The translations under genes and the position numbers were made by a program. From positions 36,890,001 through 36,954,000 of the forward strand of contig OX597827.1 of the NCBI GenBank assembly GCA_951406725.2: a stretch of 64,000 bases of DNA, in the 5' to 3' direction. The stretch's first letter is position 1. Each line of letters starts with the position of its first letter. Source of the stretch: Octopus vulgaris. Taxonomy: Eukaryota. The notes beneath the pieces were generated by a model, which had not been told where the DNA came from, did no database searches, and saw only the letters and a program-made list of their open reading frames with translations. Below, piece by piece: positions 36,804-50,746 of this stretch.

Positions 36804-38401
36804 TGTTATTACTTGTTACTTCTATTAGATATAGAAGATAATTCAATTAAAATGTTTTTTGCACTTTAAAGAAATTCATCTTTTAAATTAATAATTAATT
36901 ATTAGAAATTTGAAAATAGATTATAAAAAATAATAGGAGTACATAATTAGTACAATAAATAGAATTCAAAAATTAGTTGTATATTACAATAAAATCTACT
37001 TATAACAACAAATTCACAGTAAAATTTGCTTGAGCTATTGCCGAAGTCTTCATATTTTTAGTCATGACCTAATGCCTATTTTTTACATAATGAATTTGCC
37101 TATCATATATATTAATCTACTTTGCATAAAACTTTAGCTATATTGGTACTTCTGAAATATTTCAATAAAATGATGTTACCTTTTTTTTTTATTATAATGT
37201 TACTTTGTAAATTAAAATCAAGGAATAAATTAGAAAACAAAATCAATATAAAGTGATAACAAAGAAAAAACTAAAGGTTCAATTTTAAATATTAAAATAT
37301 TTAATTATTATCCACTGCTGAGTTCTAAATGACATAATATAATATTGTGTATTACTTTTGTTGAAATACCTATTCTTCAATTGTATAACCGAAATATGTG
37401 AAAGAAACAGCTGTCTGGTTAAATTAAATAAATAATCCATATTACCTGTTCATTTATTTATATAAACCTGTTCCATTTATTTGATGACATTTATTGGACT
37501 CCATATAATACATTGATTCTATTAATGATTTTTATTTATATATATTTTTACGGAAATTAAAGGAATCCCGTAAATAAAGTATGATAAAAAAAAACTTGGA
37601 AAGCTAGGGAATAATGCCCTAAACAGAAGTATTTTCATCTGGAAATATATATATATGTGTGTGTGAGTGTGTGTGTGTGTATAATGTATATATATATATG
37701 TATGTGTGTGTGTATATATATATATATATATACATATAATGTAAACAGAGTTAGTGGTTATAGTAACTGGCTAAGAGATAGAATATCCATATATATTATC
37801 AGTATCTGTATTGTCCCTGGGCATTGGTGTACAGGCACATCATACAAGTAGAGTGCAGATAACAACAGCATAAACAAGAGTTTATCAGGAACTAATGCAA
37901 ATAATTAGAAAATGGAGAAAACCAAAGATTAACCAACACATTGATTGGACCACATTTACATCTTGTTTTTTAATACAAAGCATGTCATAACAAAATAGGT
38001 GACATAACATATCTTATGGCTATTACTGATCAGATTGCCTAACTGCAGTCTATAAATAAATGTGAGAATAAAGTTCTTCATCTTCAAGGGGTATTTGAAT
38101 TAAGGCAACAGATCTTTATCAGAGTGAAAAACAAGAGCATACAATATAAACAAAAGTAAGAAGGAAAAGAAAAGAAAACATGACTTAGACAAATAGTCTA
38201 GAAGCCCAATATGTCAAGAGTAAATAATAAATTATGTAATAATGATAAATGCAAAATTCTGTCTGGGGTTAGACAAATAGGAGCCAATACACCACCAAGT
38301 TGCCCCTCACCCAATCTGTTTTTGGAAAATAAGTACACTGTTATAAGGTTTGTTGTTTCCTCACCTGTCTGCCTTTTTTGTTTTTACATTTGAACTCTGT
38401 G

Positions 38402-38438
<37 letters not shown>

Positions 38439-39589
38439 ACGTGTGAGATGAGAAAGCTGAGTTCACTCATTGAGTTACATTTCTTTAGAGAGTTACTTTT
38501 GTAATTTATACTGGTGGATACAAACACCAATATAGGACACACGTACACACTTACCTACATGTTCAGATTTCTATGATGGTACATATATTATGATGGGCTT
38601 CCACATGTCTGTCATCTAAATTTTTCTGACAAGGTAATGCTCAGATCCAGAAGGGCTGTGGTAGAAGACACTTACCCAGAGATTACTGTACAGTGGGATT
38701 GCATCTGAAGCAGAGTATATGTTGTCTTGTGCTAAATTTCCTTTACTTTAAGCCTTGAGTCTCTCCTGAAGTAAGATTATAACCCCCCACACACACACAC
38801 ATACACACACAACCATCTTTTTCTGGTGATACTAGCTACATATCTGAATATTTGTTCAGAAATACTGATCCTTTACATATGCATGCTTTAAAAAAATTTT
38901 TACAATTGACATTTTTGACACATTCTTAGCAGAAAGATATCATCATCATTATATATTTTTTCTATAAAGAATTGATTTTACTTACATTTCTAAAGAATTA
39001 CAAAAAGCAATTTTGAACTGACCAATATTGAAAATGGTTTTTTAACTTTATACCTTATATATCATTGTTAAAATTTTTTTTTTAAATGATAGATATTTCC
39101 TATGTTTTACAAAGTTTATGGAGCTTAGAATTAATCTGGTCCATAAATATTCTCATAACTGTTTTATGGAATATTTTCTTTTTATGAGATACAGAATGCT
39201 TAACACTGAGATCTCTTCTTATGTTATTTTTGAAATTTTCTCTAGCATATCCTTTGAATATCCAACTAAAATTATATGGCTTTGACATTACTCTGCAATA
39301 TGTTTCATTGTTTTATTATATATATTGTTTCTATATTAAATTATTTTGGTTTTGTTTGGATAATTATTTCTGTTTATTCAAATCTTCCAATAACATATGA
39401 TATATTCTATGATGTTAATTTTATACAATTTTATTTGGTATTTTCCTTTAACCCCAAAGAGAGTCAGTTGTATGCTTTAAGAGCCATTCTTCATTCTGTT
39501 CTTTGATTTTACCAAAAATGGCTGTTCTTTTGAAGTGGATACATTATTCCCAGTTTTCTTCTATAATTTGTACCAAGTGCCTCTTGAAT

Positions 39590-39641
39590 TTTCTCTCTCT
39601 TTCCCCTCCCTTTCTCTCTCTCTCTCTCTCTCACTCACACA

Positions 39642-39735
<94 letters not shown>
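39590..39735. repeat. (CT)n-(CA)n microsatellite
   Basis: Direct reading. Confidence 0.95.
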
Positions 39736-39736
<1 letters not shown>

Positions 39737-40909
39737 ATGCAACCACATAGGCAAAAGGAGTGTCCTGAATTTCAGTCTGTCAACATATGTCCAAATTCTT
39801 CCTCAGAAATGGAAAAAAAAAATAGTGGTGGCTCGAATGATTTACATAATCATTCACATCAATTTATTATTCATTAGACATCAGGCAAGTCACTTATTTT
39901 CCCTGAAAATTCTCAGTAAGAAACATTATTAACAATAACCTTCTTTACTGATAGGAGCTGTATGATGTTTAGCATAAGGTTACAGGTAAACTGCAAGACT
40001 AGGAATTTGAAGAGAAGAAAAGCTTGTCAATGCTATACAAACATACCAATCTAGAACATGGGGGATTGCTAGATAACATGAAAGTTAAGATCTTATTCAT
40101 GCATAGAACCAACACAATACTCAGACTATGGAGGCCACACATATAATATACATTTAGCCTCAACAGAAAATACGAGTGGAATAGTAACACATACACCTCA
40201 CAACTCAACAACTAAAGAAATAATATGACACAGGAAGAAAAAAGGAGACACATACAAACACTACAATATACAAACCCACACACATTCACATTCCAAACAC
40301 ATAGATACACACAGGTATAAACACAAAGCTATGTAAAGACAGGGGTACATGCCACAGAGATATGAGTTTGACTAAATAGAATAAGGCCAGAAAAAAGAGG
40401 AAACACTGAGAAGGATAATCATTGAGGAGGTTACAGATCATGCGACAAAAAACTTTGAGAAAATGACTAATAACTAATAATATTAGAACTGATGTCAAAT
40501 AGTGTGTGTATTTGTTGGCAAAATGATCGTCCCCAAATATAATTATATCTGTTGTAACACACAATTTCATGTCAAGAATCTTGCAAGCAAAATATGTAAA
40601 CATGAATTCTTAATTTTCTCATTGTATAGCTAACTGAAAGATCAATAGAATAAACCATGTTTATTCTACTGATATATAAAATCCTTTGTATCTCAAACGG
40701 CTCAACCAAATCAAATCAAATTTTACATGGAGTGTCAACATGTAATTTTTTGGGATTAAAACAATGCAATATTAGCACTGGTTCCATATTATATCTCAAA
40801 ACTTGAAGAATAAAAGTGAAGCCTTCGATGGAGTAAGTTATAAATAGTTTCACTTTTATATTGTTTCACTTTTAATGCTTTCAGTATGTATATATATACA
40901 TGTATGTAT

Positions 40910-41085
<176 letters not shown>

Positions 41086-42760
41086 TAGCTGCACCCTCGT
41101 TGCACAAGAAAAGCCACTGCCAGAAAGACTTACTGAAATGATTCATTATTGATGCCATGTGATGCCCTTATATGACTTTTAAGCCCAGCCAAACTTTTAC
41201 ACATTTTATTACATACTAGACAAATGTGCTGTCTGGCAGGAGAAACAGGTGCCACCATATGCACTCTCTTAACATGTCTTTTCAGACCTCCAGCTGAGAG
41301 GCACACCCTTCCACATTTTACACATGTTCTGTTGTGAATTTTAGTAGCCACATTACTGTTTATCATGGGTTGATTTCTGTGAGATTTTTGATAGCTCACC
41401 AGGCCTGCATGACTTAAACACCTCGCCCCACAAACCACACACACTAAAAGCAACACTCTCTCACTTTACACAGGTTCCCTCCTTAGCCCCCTCCTCATTT
41501 TCTCATACTTCTCTCTCTCCCTCTCAAACCTTGAATAACCATCATGCACTGTCTTCATCCATTATGATATTGTGCCTCCTTCTCCCAATCACCAACTGCA
41601 ATTCCTGTCTGTATAAGAGCATTTTAAAGGCAATCCTTAAACCTTAGTTTAGGCTTATGCATTGGTCTATTGCCATCTTCCAGCTCACCATACAATAGCT
41701 GCTTGGGCATTTGCTCATCACTCATCCTTGCCAAATGTCATCCCAACCTCAAACGTCTTTGCAAAATCATTGACTCTATAGTTCTACTGCCATTCCTCTC
41801 AAGAACCTCCACATTACTAATGGCCATTTTCCAGTTTATCTCCCAAATTTTTCTCAGACAGTATTGATGGTATTGTTCCAATTGCTTTATATGCCTACGG
41901 TAAACAACCCATGATTCACTCCCATGTAGCAAAGATGTCAGAACACACATGTTATATACCTTAACTTTAATTTGTGAAGATATAGTATGTTGTTTCCACA
42001 AACGCCTATCAAACCTACCAAAAGCACTACTAGCACTACTGATTCTGTATGAAATTTCATCATCAAGACCAGCAGTTCTCAAGGTACTTCCTAAATAAGT
42101 AAATCTAGGCACAGTCTCCAACCTTTGACCGTTCACAGTTATAAAAGGTTTCACATACATCTTGGAGGGAGTAGGCTAGTACATTATAACAGTTTTTTTT
42201 AGTTTGATCATTGGACCCAATGCTGCACATGCTGCAAAAATTGCATTCAGCATGTGCTGCATATCTTTCTGGGAATGTGCCAACTGATCATAATCATTTG
42301 CATACAGGAACTCAATGAGATGAGAATGCAAAACTTTTATTTTGGCACAGAGTCTCTTGAGATTGAACAGTTTTCCTGTTGTCCTATATCTTATATAGAC
42401 CCCTTTAGTGCAATCATCAAAAACTATTTGAAAGACTATTGCAAAATGCATAGCAAACAATGTAGGAGTAGGAATATCACCTTCTTTTATACTATTTTCT
42501 ACAGAAATTAGATCTGATAAGATACCTCCAGCATTAACTCTCACTTCCACCTAGTCATGAAATTGTCTAAGCATTCTCACAAATTTTTCAGGGCATCCTA
42601 GCTTTTTCAGGATCTCCCAAAGTGCAATTCTATTGTTAGAATCAAACACTTTTGGTAGGTCAATGAAAACTTGGTATAAATCCATATCCTGTTCGATGCA
42701 CTTCTCTTGCAACTCTCTAGCTGAAAATATCATATCCATAGTACTCCTATACTACTGTCT

Positions 42761-42853
42761 TTATGCATTGGGGTCGATGTAATCGACTTAATTTGTTTGT
42801 CTGTCCTTGTTTGTCCCCTCTATGTTTAGCCCCTTGTGGGTAATAAAGAAACA
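42761..42853 (+). mobile_element. SINE family A 3' end inserted in the LINE
   Basis: 'ggggtcgatgtaatcgacttaat...agccccttgtgggtaataaagaaa'; near-TSD 'tatactact(g/a)tc'. Confidence 0.8.
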
Positions 42854-43716
42854 TATACTACTATCGTTATATCCATATTGCGATTCTGGTAGAATCTCAT
42901 CAGCAATGTGCAGAAGCAATCTGTCCAGCATTACCCTACAGAGGACCTTTCCAGCAACAGCTAACAGACAGATGTCATGATAATTACCACAGACATCGTT
43001 TCCACCTTTAGATTTATATAGTATCTCCATAGTTGCATCGTGCCAATCCAGAGGAACCTCTTCTCAATACCAAACCCTCTGAATCACATCTGTCAACATT
43101 GTACAGAGATGATCACCACCATATTTGTATATCTCTGCACCTGATCCTTCCATACCAGGTGGCCTTTCCATTGTTCAGTTTCCTGATAGCTGCTTTTATT
43201 TCAACCAGGTTTGGAATTTCTGCTATAAGATATTTTACTAGTCTCTCAGGTATATTATCAAGGAAAGAGAGGTCAGCTTCAGTGGGTCTATTGAGCAACT
43301 CATCAAAATGTTCTTTCCATCTCGCAACAATGTCTTTAGGATTGGCTAATAATTCTGTGCCATCCTTGTTCCGAAGCAGAACAACCTTTGATGAAACTGG
43401 TCCATAAAAATTTTTCAAGAGAGAGTAAAAAAGTTTGGTATGGTTAGCATTTGAGGCTTCTTGGATTTCATTGCATCTATCACTCCACCAATTTTTCTGC
43501 ATCATCTGCAGCTTCCTCTGCTTTTACTGAACTTGACATATGCAACCATTGTCCTGTTCGCTGACATGTTAACATTTTGCAACATGTTAAATGCCTTTTG
43601 TTTCTCTTCTAAGATAGGATTAACTTCTTCATAGTTATATATTTAAGAGATGAGAAATTATGTACATTATGTATATTATTTACATTTGACGGATATTTGT
43701 CCTCATCTTTGTTGTT

Positions 43717-43762
43717 AACACAACATTTCGGCTGATATACCCTCCAGCCTTCATCAGGTGTC
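43717..43762 (-). ncRNA. Minimal type I hammerhead ribozyme motif
   Basis: gacac-CTGATGA-a-ggctg(gagggtatat)cagcc-GAAA-tg-TT-gtgtt. Confidence 0.75.
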
Positions 43763-44180
43763 TTGGGGCAATTTTGAGCCTGGGTTCTCATTCCTAAGGT
43801 ATTTTTTGATGACGGCTCTTTCATTTTGCAGAACCCTTTGTTTTATCATCCTGTGTTTGTCCTTTTATATTTTATATTAGCCCCTGTGGTCAATAAAACA
43901 AGAATTTGTCATCGTTGTCATCGTCGTTGTTCAGGTCACTGCCTGGAATTGAACTTGTAATCTTGAGGTTGGAAACCTGCGCTCTTAACTGAATAATGAT
44001 GATGATAATAATAATAATAATAATAATAATAATTATGAGAAGAAGAAGAAGAAGAAGAAGAAGAAGAAGAAGAAGAAGAAGAAGAAGAAGAAGAAGAAGA
44101 ACAACAACAACAACATCCACAACAACATCCACATCGAAAAATACCTTAGAAATGAGAACCCAGGTTTGAAATTTCCCGAA

Positions 44181-44226
44181 GACACCTGATGAAAGGTGGA
44201 GGGTATATCAGTTGAAACATTGTGTT
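44181..44226 (+). ncRNA. Minimal hammerhead motif (decayed)
   Basis: gacac-CTGATGA-aaggtg...cagtt-GAAA-ca-TT-gtgtt. Confidence 0.6.
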
Positions 44227-44769
44227 AGCAACAAACAAGATGAGGACAAATATCTGTCAAATGTAAATAATGTAAATAATGCAACTCCATCATTATCATC
44301 AAACCAATCTTGGTGTTTTTTTGAAACAAAGCCAAGAATGTTACTACAAACCTCGTATACTCTTTCTCTGAATGACTTCCAGCTTCCATCACAGGACAAA
44401 TTATTAATCTCACTCACAAACTCACTGTGTACTGATGGAATCTTAAGTTTATTGACATGAATCCGTTTAGGTAATTTGTCATTATTTGTTCTAACCTTAG
44501 GGATGACAACAAAATTCACCTTGGCACGCAAAAACCTATGGTCAGTCCAGCACTCTGCACCACGCATCACTCGTACAATAGTAAAGTTCCTAACATCTCG
44601 TTTCCTGGTGAGGATGTAATCTATATGATATATATATATATAGATGTGTGTATTTTTTCCCTTGTTAACAATTAACACAGAAAAAATAGATAAATACTTA
44701 CCAGGGTAGCAAAAAATCACACAAGTAAAAAAGTTGTAACGTTTACGTGAAATTTTTTGTATAATAAAT

Positions 44770-45003
44770 GTTTGTGTGTGTGTGTATGTGATGTTTGATT
44801 GTCTGTCTATCACCCCCACCATCGCTTGACAACCGATGTTGGTGTGTTTACGTCCACATAATTTAGTGGTTTGGCAAGAGAGACCAATAGAATAATTACT
44901 AGGCTTACAAAGAATAAGTCCTGGAATTGATCTGTTCAGCTAAAGGAAGTGCTCCAGCATGGTTGCAGTCAAACAACTCAAACAAGTAAAAGAATAAAAG
45001 AAT
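44770..45003 (+). mobile_element. SINE family B, 3' half
   Basis: 'catcgcttgacaaccgatgttggtgtgtttacgtcc...gtgctccagcatggttgcagtc...aagtaaaagaataaaag'. Confidence 0.85.
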
Positions 45004-45059
45004 ATATATATATATCTAAGTCACAATATATGGATTCAAGCAATCTTTAAATTCTCATA

Positions 45060-45338
45060 AAAAGCTCCTGATTGCATCATTCATGAGAAAGCATTTTGCT
45101 TTCTCATGCTATTATTACAATAAGGATTGAATGATCACTGATTCAACATGAAATATTATCTTTGCAAAAACAGTAGTATCTTTCATTTTTACTTTTCACT
45201 ATAATGTTTCATTTTTGATAAAATTTTTAAAATGCTTGTTTGAATAAACCCATTTCAAGAAGGTATCAAGTGGGCTGCTGCAAGATAAAAGTCTGTGGGC
45301 TACATGCAGCTTACAGGTCACAGGTTGGCTAGCCCATA
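45060..45338. mobile_element. Decayed hAT-like transposon end (tentative)
   Basis: 'gtgggctgc...gtgggctacatgcagcttacaggtcacaggttggctagccc' resembles the CpG-decayed 'gcgggccgc...caggttggccacccctg' termini of hAT/Charlie elements. Confidence 0.4.
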
Positions 45339-46179
45339 TGCCCACACACACACCAATATATATGTATATATATATTTATGCATAAATAAATACATGTACA
45401 TTATTTATTTATCCATTCGTGCATATATATAGCACCTAAGTAGATGTCTGATAAACATTTTGCAATGGAGAGACAACCATTGTTGTACTTGTGAAAAAAC
45501 ACCCAGATTCAGTTAACTGAGCCCAATGAGCTAGGTTTTGGTAAAAAGCCTACAAAAATTAAAGTTGTATGAGGCCAAATCAAACTGTTTTTAAATAATA
45601 ATATATGTAACTCCTCTAAATGTGCTGAGTGCCTTCTTTTGTTTGTCCACTCACCAATATAGATCCACACACACACATACATATATATTAATACTAAAAG
45701 GTAATATTTATCTCCCACTTAAAGTAGGTGTTATGTCAGAACATAAAATACTACATTATTTACCATGAGAGGACCACTCATATAGACTTGTGGTGCATAA
45801 AAGCACTTGTGTTTATACCACTGATGGGCGATAACTATCTGCTACAGCAGCCACTAGAACAGCCAGATCATGTGATGTCATCCTTCGTTGGACTTGTGTA
45901 TGGTGGAGTCTATGTATTTATCTATCAATATTTTTGCCATATACATATACATAGACACTTAGTAGATTGAGTAAAGTGACAGTATATCAAATGATTAATG
46001 CATCAGATGTCCGACTTTTAGATCAGAAGTCCATGTTTTGCTGTCAGCAATCATGTTTTTTGTTTCTTTGATTCAATACTCCCAGCTGGTGACAGAGGCC
46101 AGACACACACAATATATATGCATGTATGTATGTAGGGGTTGGTAGGTAAGTATGTGTGTAAAGATGTATATGCGTGTGT

Positions 46180-46218
46180 GTGTGTGTGTAAAGATGTATA
46201 TGCATGTGTGTGTATATG

Positions 46219-46268
<50 letters not shown>

Positions 46269-46444
46269 CCATGTACTCGTGGTTCATACTTTTTTGTTGT
46301 ACACATTTCGTGATGTTCTGTGCCCAATGTACATATATGTATGTATATATATGCATATATATATATTATTTATATTACTATATGACTGAACCCCACACAT
46401 CCTCTTCCATGGAAGTTATATATATATATATATGTGTGTGTGTA

Positions 46445-46513
<69 letters not shown>

Positions 46514-46568
46514 ATATATGTGTATATATATATATATGTATCATGTGTATATATATATTATATATGTC

Positions 46569-46601
<33 letters not shown>

Positions 46602-46800
46602 GCACATATATATACACATATATATACACACACATATATATCATGTATATATATAAATTTATATATATATATATCATGTATATACATATATATATATACA
46701 ATATACACACTGATAGCCAGAAAAATATGCATACATACATTAAAAAGTCTTACAGTTATACACACACACACACACATACACACACACACTCACACACGCA
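46180..46800. repeat. (TA)/(TG)/(CA) low-complexity tracts
   Basis: Direct reading; similar tracts at 47500-47750 and 48400-48730. Confidence 0.9.
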
Positions 46801-47119
46801 CACATAATATCTATTGATGTTTAGGAGTTGGGAAATGAATAATAAAGGAGAAACTTTTTTATTTTTCCTAACAGCAAGATTAGGAATTAAAGAGAGGCAG
46901 AAGGAGAGAAAGCGATAACGAGAGAGAGAGAGAGAGAGAGTAGGTGTGTGTGTGTGTTAAAGAAAATATGGAAGAGGAGATAAATGTATGAGGGAAGGGT
47001 AAATGGGGGAATTTATAAGTGAAAATGTGTGGGGGGAAACATAAAATGAATGGTAAAGTAATTTTGTTTTATATATGAAGGTATGTAGGGACGTAAGTAA
47101 ATTGATAGAGAGATAAATA

Positions 47120-47366
47120 CGGTAATCCCTCGCCATATCGCGGTTCACTTATTGTGGTTCACCTGTCACAGTTCACCTACAGTGGTTTATTATTTAAGCT
47201 TACATCGATTCCTCTGAGGTGTTGTTTTGTAATAAAATAAATATATACAAATTTTAAAAATATGAAAAAAATTTTTCAGTACAGTACTGTTTCTACTTCG
47301 TGGATTTTCACCTATCATGTGGGTGGGGGTTGGAACATAACATCCGCGATAGTTGAGGGATTGCTG
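47120..47366. mobile_element. pogo/Tigger-like MITE
   Basis: TIRs 'cggtaatccctcgccatatcgcgg' / 'ccgcgatagttgagggattgctg' with TA on both sides. Confidence 0.85.
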
Positions 47367-47575
47367 TAGATATATTTCTTTTAAAAAATCAATGGAGCAC
47401 ATTCAAAATCGATGTTGCTGTTATGACCAATATGTAATATTTATTTTATGTGTGTGTATTTATACATATATTTATATCCTAATCATTCCATCATATGCAT
47501 ATATAACTATGTATATATATATATATATATATAAGTGAATTTATATATATATAAGTGAATTTATGTATATACACG

Positions 47576-47624
<49 letters not shown>

Positions 47625-48438
47625 GTACATATATACATGTATATATATATGTATATATATGTATATATATGTATATATATATGTATATAAATATATATGT
47701 ATATATATATATGTATACATACATATATATATACACATATATGACTATAAATACATACCGCGCTCGTGCATGTGTGTAGATATATTAAACAGTAGTGGCA
47801 GTAATAAAACTGGCTAAGCTAGATGTATCAGTGGGCATGATATTTATCCTATTAGGAATATCTTACCATTGCTCTGTCATCTACATGATATCAGAAATAT
47901 TGGATGAACAACAAGTGAAGGGGTTGTAGTGGTGGTGGCAGCGGTGACATTAAAGAACACAGGAGACACTGAGAGGCCTAAAGGAAAACAGGGCAGGTAG
48001 TTGTGAAGCTGTAGGAAGGAGAGAAGAGGGAAGAGATAGGGAGAAAGAGAAACCAATGTTAACCATCTGTAATGTAATATATACATATATATATATATTG
48101 GTAAACTGGCTGACTCATTAGATGTCAGAGAGTGTTCTTTATAGCTTACATTTTAATGATCAGGTCTCTGAGTTCAAATCCTGCTAAAATCAATTTTACC
48201 CTCAAACCTTTTGGGGTGCGGTGAGATGGGATCGATAAATGGCGCATTAATCCAAGGTTAGATTTGTTTCTATGTCTTAGGAAGAACTCAGCTGTAATAA
48301 GACATAGAGAGGCTATGCCAGTTTTAAAATGCTCAAGCTACACAGCACACAATAACAACCCCTTCAACTACTTCAGGATTCACAGGAATAATGTCATATA
48401 TACATATATAAATATATGTGTGTGTATGTGTGCATGTG

Positions 48439-48488
<50 letters not shown>

Positions 48489-48587
48489 TGTGTTTTTGAT
48501 TATAATGTGTATATCTTTGCATTCTGATATCTGTATAAGAATGTATGAACATACATATAATATATATATATATATATATGTATATAC

Positions 48588-48654
<67 letters not shown>

Positions 48655-49917
48655 CATACATACATACATGTGTTTATATATATATATAAACATACATACA
48701 CACACATGTATGTATATATATATATATTGGTTGAGTCAATCGCTTGTTTTCATGTTTTCATTGAAGATTGGGAAAAAAGGAGATCACTGCTAATTTTTCT
48801 TAACAACTATCATGTGATGTCAATTTAAGAGGATAAGCACATATGCTTGCATGCATGCATACATACACATTCATGCACACACATACACACATACAGAGGA
48901 CCATAGTAGAAGACGCTACATACATACATACTCACATACTCAACCAAAATGAAATATCATTAACCTCTATCATGATATTGGGTACACTTTTTCCAGCAAT
49001 TAATACAGATATATATATATATATATATATATATCAAAGGTAGAACAGAAAAAAAACAACAAATGAACACAACATGCAGGAAAAGGATGAAAGCACAACA
49101 ACAGTAAATAAGACAAACCAAGATCCATGGATCATACACAGCCAATTGCCACTTCAGCCGAAATCCAGAATGTCAACATAGTTTCTTCCATTTAATTCCA
49201 GTTCTTCTACTTGAAACTGGCTGAGCCAAGGACTCAAGTTAAAAGCATTAAGCCCCTGGGCAAGGCAAACGAATATACATATACAGAAACAAAAGTAAAC
49301 AACAGAAAGGGCCTTTTGACCATTGGACGAATATAACTTATGAAATAGAATTATACATATACAATGGACAAGTGCCTTTTGGCTATACAATTAAAGGACC
49401 ATAATTATGCAATTGCAACAAAAATAAAAAACAAAATAAACAGGGTCTTTCGTCTATCAGACAAGTGTAGTAAGCTAGCACAAGGGAAATGGAAAACAAT
49501 CATAACTGACCAGGCGGCAGGACAGAACAGAACAGATGTGACCAACCTCAATGGCGGCTGGCCGAAAAGGGACAACAAAGCCCGAACCAGACAGCAATCA
49601 CGTGGTAGGGGAGGGGAGGATTTGAAGAGGGCAGATGGACTATGGAATAGGAGAGGGGAAAGAAATTAGAGGGACCAAAGAATGAGAAGGAGAGGGAGAG
49701 AAAAAGGCACAAGGGAGGTAAGTGAAGAAGGAAAGCAAAAGAGATTGAAGAATAAGATGGAGGGGGAAAGGGAGAAAGAGTGAGAGAGAAAGAGAAAGAG
49801 GAGGAAGGAATATGGGTAAAAGGTGAGGAAAAGTGAGTGAGAGTCATATATAATGTGCAAAGGGTATCTTTTTTACAAAGTAAACAAGTTGTGTATGTAT
49901 ATGTATATATGTATATG

Positions 49918-50253
<336 letters not shown>

Positions 50254-50541
50254 GGATAGCTTATTAGCAATTTAACAAACTAAAGGCAAATTTATAGACT
50301 TCACTAAAGTGACAGAGGGTATGAAGTAGTGCCAGCATTGCTAGAAACAAGAGTCAAAACAACTCAATAATCACAGAAGCACTATCTAAATGACTGACAA
50401 GGGAGACAAGCTCCCTAGCAGATATAACCAGATCACTGCTGATTTCAAATTTTGATGCAGAGTACTGCCCCAGTTAAATGACTGCAGTTAAATGACTGAA
50501 ACAAGTAAAAGGTGTATTTCACCCCTGCAGTTAATTTGAAA

Positions 50542-50645
50542 CAAAACACAGCATTGGATGTTTAAAGTGCATTTGGATACCTAACCTGATGATGACTTGT
50601 GATTAGGCATCCAAATGCACTTGAAACATCCAATGTTGAGTTTTG
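50542..50645. repeat. Short palindrome with CTGATGA in the loop
   Basis: Arms 50542-50584 / 50603-50645; loop 'cctgatgatgacttgtga'. Confidence 0.85.
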
Positions 50646-50714
50646 AATATCTAAAATGTTGAAATGTACATAGGAACTAAATATTTATGCTGGTATTTAA
50701 CATAGTTTTTTCTA

Positions 50715-50744
<30 letters not shown>

Positions 50745-50746
<2 letters not shown>

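Larger units (their letters stand above)
43630..44282. mobile_element. Head-to-head pair of tRNA-headed, hammerhead-tailed elements (family H2) inserted in the LINE
   Basis: Minus copy 43630-43989 has a tRNA-like head at 43930-43989. Plus copy runs 43989-44282. Both carry an HHR; a third copy lies at 55084-55262. Confidence 0.8.

Noticed and set aside
41130-41456. Stand-alone C2H2 zinc-finger gene
   Set aside because: Collinear with and on the same strand as the RTE ORF2, and followed by its 3' UTR; it is part of the LINE.
43930-43989. Functional tRNA gene (also the heads of SINE families A, B and E)
   Set aside because: Truncated, with no acceptor stem; these are SINE heads.
46139-46817. 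222-aa and overlapping YI/CV/HT-rich ORFs (also at 24320, 39503, 40875, 47491, 48333, 49548, 51145)
   Set aside because: Translations of dinucleotide microsatellites with no coding signal.
49040-49700. Possible PLE remnant ('AQGLN' end motif); similar hints at 17690-17890, 36820-37300, 45490-45850 and 61900-62260
   Set aside because: Motifs are too short or degenerate to support without alignment.
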